From NCBI RefSeq assembly GCF_018350175.1, contig NC_058368.1:203362001-203426000 (forward strand): a DNA stretch of 64,000 nucleotides, in the 5' to 3' direction. A program made the position numbers and the translations under genes. This document shows positions 1-12,635 of the stretch, piece by piece; position 1 is the first letter of the stretch, and each line of letters begins with the position of its first letter. The stretch is from Felis catus. Its lineage: Eukaryota. The notes beneath the pieces were generated by a model that saw only the letters and a program-made list of their open reading frames with translations, was not told the DNA's origin and ran no database searches.

Positions 1-818
1 CTATTCTAAATTCTATCAGAAAACTTTTGCAAAGATAACGGGGAGAGTTTGGCGGGTAGCCAGCGAGCAGTATCTAAGATGCTCACTGCCTTATAATGTC
101 CAAAGGTACCCTAAAGTAAATAACGGCGATTTTTAATGTTTGGGGAACATACATTTTGTAGTGTGGGCATTCCATATTAGGGACATTTACTAGCTATACA
201 TTGATACTTACTATAAATGCACGGTTTAATTTGATTTATAAGCTAGATATTGTGTTTAGATTTTGTTACTGTTGTGTGTCAGCTTCACACAAGTCCTAAC
301 ACGGCCACACACCTGGCATGTGACAGCACCCTTTATGAAGTAACCAGGGAAAAAGTGAAAGAGCTCACACGGGAAAGTACAGTCCCCACAACACTGACAT
401 GTGAGGCCAATGTCGGCAACCTTCTGAAAACTCTTCCATCAAGAGTGATTTTTTCTAATCTTCTAGCTCTGATTTTCTAGTCTGGATTATGTTTCAGTTA
501 TTTAGAAACTGTATTCATAGCTGTAAGCATTCTTTATATCAGATACATTAGACATAACTGAAGTTTCTTATTTCTTTTTAGATCCAGTAATAAAGTAAAA
601 AATAAAAATATCCGGGGAAGGAAAATCGAGAAAGGTATAACACATTAACAGCAGTGATGGACTGACACATATGCAAATGCAGACTAATGACAAATATGTA
701 GAAATAGCAAGAGAAATTAAAGAGCAGGGAATAGAAAGGGACCTGAGAGAAGGGTCACCTGTCTCCCAGCGCCCTGCCCCACTCAGATCTCCTTCACTCA
801 CTGGCACTTTTCACCAAA

Positions 819-821
819 ACA

Positions 822-880
<59 letters not shown>
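819..880. repeat. (CA)n microsatellite
   Basis: About 60 bp of near-perfect AC repeats. Confidence 0.95.
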
Positions 881-1810
881 CACCAGCCTTCAGCCATTAA
901 TGTGCTCAGCTTCACCTCGCCTGTAATTTCACAACATACACACTTACCCACGTCCATACGATTTCTGCCTTTCTTTCTCTGATCTGAAAGAGGTGAACCT
1001 GCTGTCTAACCTTTGTACTTCAATTCTTCCTCTCCTGAATTTGTCTCTCTTCATATTGCTTCCTTCCAACTCAAGGCACCTCCTTAAATCTTCCTTCTAC
1101 TCATGGTCAATGTTTTATCAAAAAGTCTTGACATTCACCTTCATTTACTTATTTCCTATTCATTTTTTAATTCACTTCTAATCCAATTCCACCCCAGCTC
1201 TGCCATTAAAATTGCTTTTACTACTGTCACTGGTAGTTTTTAAAAAATGGAAGATTTGAAAAAAAAATTTTGTATACCTTTAATTCTAATGCATTAATTT
1301 TACTTCTGAAAAATCTCAAGTGATTAAATGATGATTATAATTTAGCTGATCAGTATAAGTTTGAGGAAAAAAATTAAGCTCTCCATTTCTTTCTAGCATG
1401 AAGTGTGATCAAATTGTTTAAAACTAACGTTTTAAGGGGCACCATTACCTACACAATGCCAAGCCACAAGCATGCATACATACCTGGAACGGAAATGCTT
1501 CTAGTGACAGACAACTGTCCCACACATCGAGGTATCATCAATACAAAACAAAGTAGCAGCAGCAGACTCTGTCTCAAATGCCATATCCTAGCATCCTGTC
1601 CTATTGACACATTAGATGCTTGTTCCAATAGCGATAGACTAAGACCTGAAAACGATCTCCTTTTATAGCTACTGATTTTGAAAAACTTTCACAAAACCCA
1701 GCAATTTCTTGGTGCTTCTTAGCACCAAAATGTATTTTTTTAATGTTATGTGAGTTTTAACAAAATTTACATGGGTACTTTAGCAATCAGACAGATAGAA
1801 ATGTATTTTT

Positions 1811-1989
1811 TTTTTCATTTTAGAGAAAGAGAGATAGCACGAGGGGGCAAAGGAGGAGAGAGAGAGGGAGAAAGAATCTTAAGCAGGCTCCAGGCTCTGC
1901 ACAGAGCCCATCATGGGGCTTGATTCCATGACCCTGAGATCATGACCTGAGCCAAAATCAAGAGTCAGACACTAGACCAACTGAGCCCT
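1811..1989 (-). mobile_element. Can-SINE (older subfamily)
   Basis: Reverse-strand tRNA-derived body, (GA)n tract, T-tail; TSD tagaaatgtattttt at 1796-1810 and 1990-2004. Confidence 0.9.
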
Positions 1990-2689
1990 TAGAAATGTAT
2001 TTTTAAATGATCACAAAAGGTAATTGTTTTATAGAGTTGCAATTTCTCTGCTTCCATTTATACTGAAGGGAAGAATGAGAAAGTGCCCAGCATGGGTCAC
2101 CATTCTTGGGTTAATCATAGGCCATCAAGAAAATGGTTAAAATGAACTAATAATCTCTGGCTTCTGGGAAAATTACTTAAAAATGACTATGCCTACCTCA
2201 TAATAAATGTTCTGGCTTTCCAGAGATAAACATGGAAGAGATACCTATTAAAAAAGGTAGTAATACTCTAAATTACCCAAGAGTTTATTTTCACTATCTT
2301 TGGCTATTTTGAGTCTTTAGGCCTTTAATATTTCCTCCTGCTGTTCATATATAGGTCAACAGATATATCTCTCTATGGGAAGTGTGAATGCATGGAAGTT
2401 TAATGTGAACATGACAATTGGTACTATGTTATAATGAATGAAAAATATTTGGTTGCATTATTTGTTATATTAGTGATGATTATCTTATTCAGAATTCATG
2501 TAACATGAAGGATTCCTTTATCCTGCTTCTTTTTTTAGATTCTGAAAGAATATATAACAGTTGTAGCAGTAATAATCATAGTATTAGTGACTATTTTTAT
2601 TATTATTTGCTATGACCAGTTATTAGGACCATATTTTAATATGAAAAGAATAACAATAATAATATAACTAATAATTATTAAATTACTGC

Positions 2690-2930
2690 ACACTTAACTA
2701 AATTCCAGGTACTGTTCTACAAACTTTACATACATGATCTCAGTACCTAATTTAATCTTGGACACTAAATATAATAAATTATTATTAATATCCCCATTTT
2801 CAGATGGGAAAATAGAGGTATAGAGAGATAGAGCACATTGTCTAGGATCACAGGGGTAGTGACAGTGACAATAAATGACAGAACCAGGATTTGAACTGAC
2901 ACTGGTCTCTTCCTGGAGCATGCACTCTTA
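2690..2930 (-). mobile_element. MIR SINE
   Basis: ccccattttcagatgggaaaatagagg resembles the reverse MIR core; ccaggatttgaac B-box remnant. Confidence 0.75.
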
Positions 2931-3078
2931 AAGAACATCTGAAGAAAATTAGAATTTCTTGGAACCATGTCATGTAAGTAACTTACATGAAGAAAGATCT
3001 ATGTGACACCATTTAAATGTAATTATGTGTCCAATAATATCTGTGGACACAAAAAGAAGGGAGAAAATAATTGTTTCT

Positions 3079-3455
3079 TCTTTTAATTTTTTTTGTTTAT
3101 TTATTTTTGACAGAGAGAGAGCATGCAATCAGGGCAGGGACAGAGAGAGAGGGGGACAGAAGTTCCAAAGCAGACTCCATGTGCTGACAGCAGAGAGCCT
3201 GATGCAGAGCTCAAACTCATGAACCACAAGACCATGACCTGAGCCAAAGTCACTTAATCAACGGAGCCACCCAGGTGCTCCTCCTTTTTTTATGTTTATT
3301 TATGAGGGGGGGGGAGGGGCTGGGCAGAGAGAGAGGGAGACAGAGGATCTGAAGTAGGCTCTGCACTGACAGCAAAGAGCCCCATGTGGGGCTTGAACTC
3401 ACAAACCATGAGAGGAAATCAGATACTTAACCGACTGAGCCACCCAGGTGCCCCA
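3079..3455 (-). mobile_element. Two tandem Can-SINEs (~3079-3280 and ~3283-3455)
   Basis: Two gagccacccaggtg heads; one TSD agaaaataattgtttct at 3062-3078 and 3456-3472 encloses both. Confidence 0.9.
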
Positions 3456-3479
3456 AGAAAATAATTGTTTCTAAGAGGA

Positions 3480-4060
3480 AGAGGAATGGGATAGTTTTAT
3501 GGAGGTGGAGAGACCTCTCAGCTGGCCTGTGAAGAATGAAAAGGAATATTTTAGGACAAAGTGAGGAACAACATTCCAAGTGAAGGGAAGAGCAATGAAA
3601 AAGGTGCAAAGGTGAGAGAGGGCATAACGCTACCAGGAACTTTAATATTCCCAGACCACAAACTCCTCAGGGAGGATAAAGAGTGGGCAGAAGCCCGGTC
3701 ACAGAGGGTTTTATATACAGAGCTGGGGAGTTTATGCTTTTCTAAAGGCAATTGCCATTATAAGCTTCTGAAAAAGGAAGTGATATGAAATAATTTGCCC
3801 TTAAAAAAATCCTTCTGACAGGAAGTTTGTAGATTAATTTGAAAGATGTAAGGCAAGACACAGAGAGATCACACAGAGTATTAAGAAATACTTCCAATAA
3901 TTCAAGCAAAAATGATGATGAAGTAATATTATGGTGATGCCAGGGATGGAAAGGAAAGGATCAGTTCAAGAGGTATGGGAGGTAGAATAAACTGATTTGG
4001 TCTGAGGGTGGGATAAGCGAGAAGAGTCAAAACGACTCAAAATTTTCTGATTGACTCAGA
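3480..4060 (-). mobile_element. L2 fragment
   Basis: L2-like motifs (cattccaagtgaagggaagagcaatgaaaaagg, aaaatttctgattg). Confidence 0.55.
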
Positions 4061-4310
4061 ACACAAACAAAGACTTAGGGTTGGGTACTAGGGAGGTTGG
4101 CATCATGGAGAAGAATAAGGCATCCTCTAAAAGGGGGCTGTGGAATGAAGAAGCATGAATTACTGGGAGACTCATTTGGATCAATATAAAAAGTGACCTA
4201 ATGAATCCCTAATGAATATTCTTAATATTACTCTTCAAGACTCTCTTTCCTTGATTTTAATCTCTAGATAGGTAGATAGGTAGGTATATAGATAGAACTT
4301 CATATTATTT

Positions 4311-4700
4311 TCAGTTTATTCATTTATTCATTCAACAAATATTGATTAAACACTATAATCCAGGTGCCATGTGACATGACATGCTAGGTATGAAACAATG
4401 ACAATCAGAGAGGATTTGTTTTCTCACATATTTCAAAGTACAGTCAAGGAGCTAAATATTAAACAAACATATAGCTCTTCTGAAGCAATAGAAATGGGTA
4501 CACTGTAACTGGGAGACTGTCTAATTGGGAGGGTGTAGTTTTTACTGTGGAGTTAGAGAAAGCTGAAGAAGTGACATTTGAACAGAAAACTGAACTTTTT
4601 ATGGTGTTGACTACTTAGCAAGATGAAAAATGTAGGAAAAGATATTCCAAAGAGACCCATGATGGGGGCAAAAGCCCTGAGACAAAGAGGAGGTTGCCTC
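4311..4700 (-). mobile_element. L2 3' end fragment
   Basis: ttcattcaacaaatattgattaaacac tail motif followed by an L2-like body. Confidence 0.65.
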
Positions 4701-5004
4701 TTCCAGAATCTCAGAAGGAGGCTAAGTGTTGGCTGTGTCTCTTCATGGATTCCTTCTGGAAAAAAAAAGTATGTCTTCCTCAACTTTAGGTCTTGCTGCC
4801 CAGCTCTCCATTTGAGGCACCTACTTGTTTCTTGAACTTCAGTGTAGTAGAGGAGGAGAAAAGTAATCATGTTTTGGGTAAAGGAGGGGAAAGGAATTGC
4901 TAGACATGAAATACCCAATTTCACATTTTTGATTACCCTAATACTAATTCTGACTAGAGAAGAAACAGATTCTAGTATCTTTCTCTCAAATTTGGGGGCC
5001 AGTA

Positions 5005-5140
5005 TTTCAATATATTACATTGTATATATAGTATATATTATACATATTATTATATATTATGTAATTATATAATACTATATGATACATAGTATTTCATATA
5101 TATAATACTGTATTATATATATTATTTCAATATGATATAT
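5005..5140. repeat. AT-rich (TA)n-like low-complexity tract
   Basis: Degenerate tata/tatat repeats. Confidence 0.8.
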
Positions 5141-5494
5141 TTATGACCAATCAACTCATTAGGTTATTATCAGCACATTGCAATATAATGTAATGGAAGA
5201 GACTATAATAGAGGATATAAAGTTGTATTGAACATAGTAAGGATATTATTTTCTTTAAATTTTTGTTTTTACCTATATACACAGATACACACTCATATGT
5301 TCACATATGTATGTATTAGTCTATAATACAAAATGAATTTATTATATGGATTATGATCAAAGTTGAAAGCTACTGAACTTAGGTATAAATTACTCTCCTA
5401 ATTTGTGGGGTGATGGAATAACTTCAGTAAAAAGTGTGTGCTCTAATAGACTACCATAATCCACTGAAAAAATGTCTTGACAAACAAGTGTGGC

Positions 5495-6262
5495 ATTGTG
5501 CAAGTAGCCCCAATGGGAGCCAGTACCACTCCAAAGTGACTCCAGTCCTGGGGTGAGGGGAAGATAACTACACACACCAGTTCAACTATGGCCCCAGAAG
5601 TGGGCTGTGGGCAGACATCTAGTCTGATCGCAGACCCTGCCCACCAACAAAAGTTTCTCAGGGGACAACAGAGGGAGACTGCCCTATAGTTCACTAGGAC
5701 TGCAGGTCGGGCAAATGCTGGTCTGACCCAAGTCAAGCCCAAGATGGCCCCGGGCCAGCCCATTAATGACATAGGGACCACACCCTTCCCACAACAAGCA
5801 AAGAGAGTCACATTGTAGATGACTGGACTGAAGGTAAATGTGGCTCAACTACAACAGAAGGGCACAGACAACACACATAGGAGACACCCCTGAAGGGCCA
5901 GGTTCTGGTGAACAGGGGACATTGCACTACAGGGCACTTCAGGACTTTCATAAGGCCACTACTTACAAGAGTATGAGATGTAGCTAACTTTCCTAACACA
6001 TAGAAACAAACACAGAGAGTTTGATAAAATGAGAAGACATGTCCCAAATGAAACAACAGGACAAAATCACAGCAAGAGAGCTAAATGAAATGGAGACAAA
6101 TATGCTTCATGGAGAGTTTAAAATAATGGTCATAAAGATACTCACTGGTCTGAGAAAGACTGGAGAACCTCAGTGAGACCTCAATAAAAAGATAGAAAAC
6201 ATAAAAGGCAACCAATCAGATACAAAGAAGTCAATCACTGAAATTAAAAACATACTAGAGGG
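5495..6262 (+). mobile_element. Older carnivore L1, 5' part (partial 5'UTR and start of degraded ORF1)
   Basis: 5'UTR motifs homologous to 6976-7125 of the young L1 (gtgcaagtagccc, gggcagacatc, gcccaccaac); ORF1-like sequence from ~6029 that resumes at 12211. Confidence 0.85.
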
Positions 6263-7189
6263 AGTATTGGCAAGATGGCGGCTTAGGAGGACGCTGGGCT
6301 CACCGCACGTCCTGCTGATCACTTAGATTCCACCTACACCTGCCTAAATAACCCAGAAAACCGCCAGAGGATTAGCAGAACGGAGTCGCCGGAGCCAAAT
6401 GCAGACGAGAGGCCCACGGAAGAGGGTAGGAAGGGCGGCGAGGCGGTGCGCGCTCCACGGACTGGCGGGAGGGACCCGGGGTGGAGGGGCGGCTCGCCGG
6501 CCAAGCAGAGCCCCCGAGTCTGGCTGGCAAAAGCGGAGGGGCCGGGCGGACTGTGTTCCGACAGCAAGCACGACTTAGCGTCTGGGAGGTCATAAGTTAA
6601 AAGCTCTGCTCGGAAAGCGGGAAGGCTGGAGGACAAAGGGAGGAAGAGCTGCTGAGCCCCCTGACGACAGAGCTCAGTTTGGTGGGGAACAAAGGCGCTC
6701 GCCAGCGCCATCTCCCCCGCCCACCCCCCAGCCAAAATCCCAAAGAGAACCAGTTCCTGCCAGGGAACTTGCTCGCTCCGCGCAAACACCCAACTCTGTG
6801 CTTCTGCGGAGCCAAACCTCCGGCAGCGGATCTGACTCCCTCCCGCTACCACAGGGCCCCTCCTGAAGTGGATCACCTAAGGAGAAGCGATCTAAGCCTG
6901 CCCCTCCTGCCCCTGTGCACCTTGCCTACCCACCCCAGCTAATACGCCAGATCCCCAGCATCACAAGCCTGTCAGTGTGCAAGTAGCCCAGACGGGCCAC
7001 ACCACCCCACAGTGAATCCCGCCCCTAGTAGAGGGGAAGAGAAGGCACACACCAGTCTGACTGTGGCCCCAGCGGTGGGCTGGGGGCAGACATCAGGTCT
7101 GACTGTGGCCCCGCCCACCAACTCCAGTTATATACCACAAAAAAGGGGAAGTGCCCTGCAGGTCCTCACCACGCCAGGGACTATCCAAA
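6263..7189 (+). promoter_or_regulatory. L1 5'UTR internal promoter, CpG-rich, with YY1-type motif caagatggcgg at 6271-6281
   Basis: High GC and CpG content against an AT-rich background; AAGATGGCGG at the element 5' end, where L1 promoters carry a YY1 site. Confidence 0.8.
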
Positions 7190-8083
7190 ATGACCAAGCG
7201 GAAGAATTCCCCTCAGAAGAATCTCCAAGAAATAACAACAGCTAATGAGCTGATCAAAAAGGATTTAAATAATATAACAGAAAGTGAATTTAGAATAATA
7301 GTCATAAAATTAATCGCTGGGCTTGAAAACAGTATAGAGGACAGCAGAGAATCTCTTGCTACAGAGATCAAGGGACTAAGGAACTGTCACGAGGAGCTGA
7401 AAAACGCTTTAAACGAAATGCATAACAAAATGGAAACCACCACAGCTTGGCTTGAAGAGGCAGAGGAGAGAATAGGTGAACTAGAGGATAAAGTTATGGA
7501 AAAAGAGGAAGCTGAGAAAAAGAGAGATAAAAAAATCCAGGAGTATGAGGGGAAAATTAGAGAACTAAGTGATACACTAAAAAGAAATAATATACGCATA
7601 ATTGGTATCCCAGAGGAGGAAGAGAGAGGGAAAGGTGCTAAAGGGGTACTTGAAAAAATAATAGCTGAGAACTTCCCTGAACTGGGGAAGGAAAAAGGCA
7701 TTGAAATCCAAGAGGCACAGAGAACTCCCTTCAGACGTAACTTGAATCGATCTTCTGCACGACATATCATAGTGAAACTGGCAAAATACAAGGATAAAGA
7801 GAAAATTCTGAAAGCAGCAAGGGGTAAACGTGCCCTCACATATAAAGGGAGACCTATAAGACTCGTGACTGATCTCTCTTTTGAAACTTGGCAGGCCAGA
7901 AAGAATTGGCACGAGATTTTCAGGGTGCTAGACAGAAAAAATATGCAGCCAAGAATCCTTTATCCAGCAAGTCTGTCATTTAGAATAGAAGGAGAGATAA
8001 AGGTCTTCCCAAACAAACAAAAACTGAAGGAATTTGTCACCACTAAACCAGCCCTACAAGAGATCCTAAGGGGGACCCTGTGA
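7190..8083 (+). CDS. ORF1: LINE-1 ORF1p (RNA-binding; coiled coil, RRM, CTD), intact, 297 aa from ATG 7190
   Basis: MTKRKNSPQK... with RNNIRIIGIPEEEE, RHIIVK, PRILYPA and ALQEILRG motifs typical of L1 ORF1p. Confidence 0.95.
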   Translation: MTKRKNSPQKNLQEITTANELIKKDLNNITESEFRIIVIKLIAGLENSIEDSRESLATEIKGLRNCHEELKNALNEMHNKMETTTAWLEEAEERIGELEDKVMEKEEAEKKRDKKIQEYEGKIRELSDTLKRNNIRIIGIPEEEERGKGAKGVLEKIIAENFPELGKEKGIEIQEAQRTPFRRNLNRSSARHIIVKLAKYKDKEKILKAARGKRALTYKGRPIRLVTDLSFETWQARKNWHEIFRVLDRKNMQPRILYPASLSFRIEGEIKVFPNKQKLKEFVTTKPALQEILRGTL

Positions 8084-8133
8084 GACAAAGTCCCAGAGAC
8101 ATCACTACAAGCATAAAACATACAGACATCACA

Positions 8134-11100
8134 ATGACTCTAAACCCGTATCTTTCTATAATAACACTGAATGTAAATGGATTAAATGCACCAACAAAAG
8201 ACATAGGGTATCAGAATGGATAAAAAAACAAGACCCATCTATTTGCTGTCTACAAGAGACTCATTTTAGACCTGAGGACACCTTTAGATTGAGAGTGAGG
8301 GGATGGAGAACTATTTATCATGCGACTGGAAGCCAAAAGAAAGCTGGAGTAGCCATACTTATATCAGACAAACTAGACTTTAAATTAAAGGCTGTAACGA
8401 GATGAAGAAGGACATTATATAATAGTTACAGGGTCTATCCATCAGGAAGAGCTAACAATTATAAATGTCTATGTGCCGAATACCGGAGCCCCCAAATATA
8501 TAAAACAATTACTCATAAACACAAGCAACCTTATTGATAAGGATGTGGTAATTGCAGGGGACTTTAACACCCTACTTACAGAAATGGACAGATCATCTAG
8601 ACACACGGTCAATAAAGAAACAAGGGCCCTGAATGAGACATTGGATCAGATGGACTTGACAGATATATTTAGAACTCTACATCCCAAAGCAACAGAATAT
8701 ACTTTTTTCTCGAGTGCACATGGAACATTCTCCAGGATAGATCATATACTGGGTCACAAAACAGCCCTTCAAAGTTTACAAGAATTGAAATTATACCATG
8801 CATACTTTCAGACCACAATGCTATGAAGCTTGAAATCAACCACAGAAAAAAGTCTGGAAAACCTCCAAAAGCATGGAGGTTAAAGAACACCCTACTAACG
8901 AATGAGTGGGTCAACCAGGCAATTAGAGAAGAAATTAAAAAATATATGGAAACAAACAAAAATGAAAATACAACAATCCAAACGCTTTGGGACGCAGCGA
9001 AGGCAGTCCTGAGAGGAAAATACATTGCAATCCAGGCCTATCTCAAGAAACAAGAAAAATCCCAAATACAAAATCTAACAGCACACCTAAAGGAACTAGA
9101 AGCAGAACAGCAAAGGCAGCCTAAACCCAGCAAAGAAGAGAAATAATAAAGATCAGAGCAGAAATAAACAATATAGAATCTAAAAAAACTGTAGAGCAGA
9201 TCAACGAAACCAAGAGTTGGTTTTTTGAAAAAATAAACAAAATTGACAAACCTCTAGCCAGGTTTCTCAAAAAGAAAAGGGAAATGACCCAAATAGATAA
9301 AATCATGAATGAAAATGGAATTATTACAACCAATCCCTCAGAGATACAAACAATTATCAGGGAATACTATGAAAAATTATATGCCAACAAATTGGACAAC
9401 CTGGAAGAAATGGACAAATTCCTGAACACCCACACGCTTCCAAAACTCAATCAGGAGGAAATAGAAAGCTTGAACAGACCCATAACCAGCGAAGAAATTG
9501 AATCGGTTATCAAAAATCTCCCAACAAATAAGAGTCCAGGACCAGATGGCTTCCCAGGGGAGTTCTACCAGACGTTTAAAGCAGAGATAATACCTATCCT
9601 TCTCAAGCTATTCCAAGAAATAGAAAGGGAAGGAAAACTTCCAGACTCATTCTATGAAGCCAGTATTACTTTGATTCCTAAACCAGACAGAGACCCAGTA
9701 AAAAAAGAGAACTACAGGCCAATATCCCTGATGAATATGGATGCAAAAATTCTCAATAAGATACTAGCAAATCGAATTCAACGGCATATAAAAAGAATTA
9801 TTCACCATGATCAAGTGGGATTCATTCCTGGGATGCAGGGCTGGTTCAACATTCGCAAATCAATCAACGTGATACATCACATTAACAAAAAAAAAGAGAA
9901 GAACCATATGATCCTGTCAATCGATGCAGAAAAGGCCTTTGACAAAATCCAGCACCCTTTCTTAATAAAAACCCTTGAGAAAGTCGGGATAGAAGGAACA
10001 TACTTAAAGATCATAAAAGCCATTTATGAAAAGCCCACAGCTAACATCATCCTCAACGGGGAAAAACTGAGAGCTTTTTCCCTGAGATCAGGAACACGAC
10101 AAGGATGCCCACTCTCACCGCTGCTGTTTAACATAGTGCTGGAAGTTCTAGCATCAGCAATCAGACAACAAAAGGAAATCAAAGGCATCAAAATTGGCAA
10201 AGATGAAGTCAAGCTTTCGTTTTTTGCAGATGACATGATATTATACATGGAAAATCCGATAGACTCCACCAAAAGTCTGCTAGAACTGATACAGGAATTC
10301 AGCAAAGTTGCAGGATACAAAATCAACGTACAGAAATCAGTTGCATTCTTATACACTAACAATGAAGCAACAGAAAGACAAATAAAGAAACTGATCCGAT
10401 TCACAATTGCACCAAGAAGCATAAAATACCTAGGAATAAATCTAACCAAAGATGTAAAGGATCTGTATGCTGAAAACTATAGAAAGCTTATGAAGGAAAT
10501 TGAAGAAGATATAAAGAAATGGAAAGACATTCCGTGCTCATGGATTGGAAGAATAAATATTGTCAAAATGTCAATACTACCCAAAGCTATCTACACATTC
10601 AATGCAATCCCAATCAAAATTGCACCAGCATTCTTCTCGAAACTAGAACAAGCAATCCTAAAATTCATATGGAACCACAAAAGGCCCCGAATAGCCAAAG
10701 GAATTTTGAAGAAGAAGACCAAAGCAGGAGGCATCACAATCCCAGACTTTAGCCTCTACTACAAAGCTGTCATCATCAAGACAGCATGGTATTGGCACAA
10801 AAACAGACACATAGACCAATGGAATAGAATAGAAACCCCAGAACTAGACCCACAAACGTATGGCCAACTCATCTTTGACAAAGCAGGAAAGAACATCCAA
10901 TGGAAAAAAGACAGCCTCCTTAACAAATGGTGCTGGGAGAACTGGACAGCAACATGCAGAAGGTTGAAACTAGACCACTTTCTCACACCATTCACAAAAA
11001 TAAACTCAAAATGGATAAAGGACCTAAATGTGAGACAGGAAACCATCAAAACCTTAGAGGAGAAAGCAGGGAAAGACCTCTCTGACCTCAGCCGTAGCAA

Positions 11101-11953
11101 TCTCTTACTCGACACATCCCCAAAGGCAAGGGAATTAAAAGCAAAAGTGAATTACTGGGACCTTATGAAGATAAAAAGCTTCTGCACAGCAAAGGAAACA
11201 ACCAACAAAACTAAAAGGCAACCAACGGAATGGGAAAAGATATTCGCAAATGACATATCGAACAAAGGGCTAGTATCCAAAATCTATAAAGAGCTCACCA
11301 AACTCCACACCTGAAAAACAAATAACCCAGTGAAGAAATGGGCAGAAAACATGAATAGACACTTCTCTAAAGAAGACATCCGGATGGCCAACAGGCACAT
11401 GAAAAGATGTTCAGCGTCGCTCCTTATCAGGGAAATACAAATCAAAACCACACTCAGGTATCACCTCACGCCAGTCAGAGTGGCCAAAATGAACAAATCA
11501 GGAGACTATAGATGCTGGAGAGGATGTGGAGAAACGGGAACCCTCTTGCACTGTTGGTGGGAATGCAAATTGGTGCAGCCAGTCTGGAAAACAGTGTGGA
11601 GGTTCCTCAGAAAATTAAAAATAGACCTACCCTATGACCCAGCAATAGCACTGCTAGGAATTTATCCAAGGGATACAGGAGTACTGATGCATAGGGCCAC
11701 TTGTACCCCAATGTTCATAGCAGCACTCTCAACAATAGCCAAATTATGGAAAGAGCCTAAATGTCCATCAACTGATGAATGGATAAAGGAATTGTTGTTT
11801 ATATACACAATGGAATATTACGTGGCAATGAGAAAAAATGAAATATGGCCTTTTGTAGAAACGTGGATGGAACTGGAGAGTGTGATGCTAAGTGAAATAA
11901 GCCATACAGAGAAAGACAGATACCATATGGTTTCACTCTTATGTGGATCCTGA
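8134..11953 (+). pseudogene. ORF2: LINE-1 ORF2p (APE endonuclease, reverse transcriptase, Cys-rich C-terminus), disrupted
   Basis: [35 protein letters not shown] and HCWWEC motifs; frameshifting deletions near 8195, 8398, 8772 and 9132; TGA at 11312-11314. Confidence 0.93.
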
Positions 11954-12409
11954 GAAACTTAACAGGAACCCATGGGGGAGGGGAAGGAAAAAAAAAAAGA
12001 GGTTAGAGTGGGAGAGAGCCAAAGCATAAGAGACTGTTAAAAACTGAGAACAAACTGAGGGTTGATGGGGGGTGGGAGGGAGGGGAGGGTGGGTGATGGG
12101 TATTGAGGAGGGCACCTTTTGGGATGAGCACTGGGTCTTGTATGGAAACCAATTTGTCAATAAATTTCATATATATATAAAAAAATAATAAATAAAAATA
12201 TACTAGAGGGGAAAAATAGTAGACTAGAAGCAGCAGAAGAATGGATAAGCAACCTGGTGGACATAGTAAGGAAAGCAATCAAGTTGAAAAGGAGAAAGAA
12301 AAAAGATTTAAAACAATGAGAATAGATTAAGGGAAATCAGTAACACCATCAAGCATCGTAATATTTGCATTATAGGGATTACAGAAAGAGTGATAAAGAG
12401 ATAATTTTA

Positions 12410-12635
12410 TTTATTTATTATTTATTTTTTTAATTACGTTTATTTATTTTTGATAGAGATAGGCAGAGCACAAGTGGGGGAGGGGCAGAGAGAGAAGGAA
12501 ACATAGAATCTGAAGCAGGCTCCAGGTTCTGAGCTGTCAGCACAGAGCCCAACATGGGGCTCGAACTCACAAACTATGAGATCATGACCTGAGCTGAAGT
12601 CGTACGCTCAACCGACTGAGCCATCTAGGAGCCCT
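12410..12635 (-). mobile_element. Can-SINE inside the old L1 ORF1
   Basis: SINE body; TSD aagagat(a/c)atttta at 12396-12409 and 12636-12649. Confidence 0.92.

Larger units (their letters stand above)
6263..12193 (+). mobile_element. Young full-length LINE-1 (L1_Fc-like)
   Basis: CpG-rich 5'UTR, ORF1, ORF2, G-rich 3'UTR, AATAAA and A-rich tail; TSD aaaaa(c/t)atactagaggg at 6246-6262 and 12194-12210. Confidence 0.97.

Noticed and set aside
671..982. 103-aa ORF with a poly-HT run
   Set aside because: Reads through a (CA)n microsatellite; no recognisable protein.
2970..2990. Palindrome tcatgtaagt-a-acttacatga (10-bp arms)
   Set aside because: Isolated; plausible by chance in 64 kb of AT-rich DNA.
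7387..11115. Minus-strand ORFs of 110-150 aa rich in S, F and L
   Set aside because: Antisense shadows of the A-rich L1 ORF1 and ORF2.
12067..12100. G-quadruplex-forming G-rich tract
   Set aside because: Standard feature of L1 3'UTRs.
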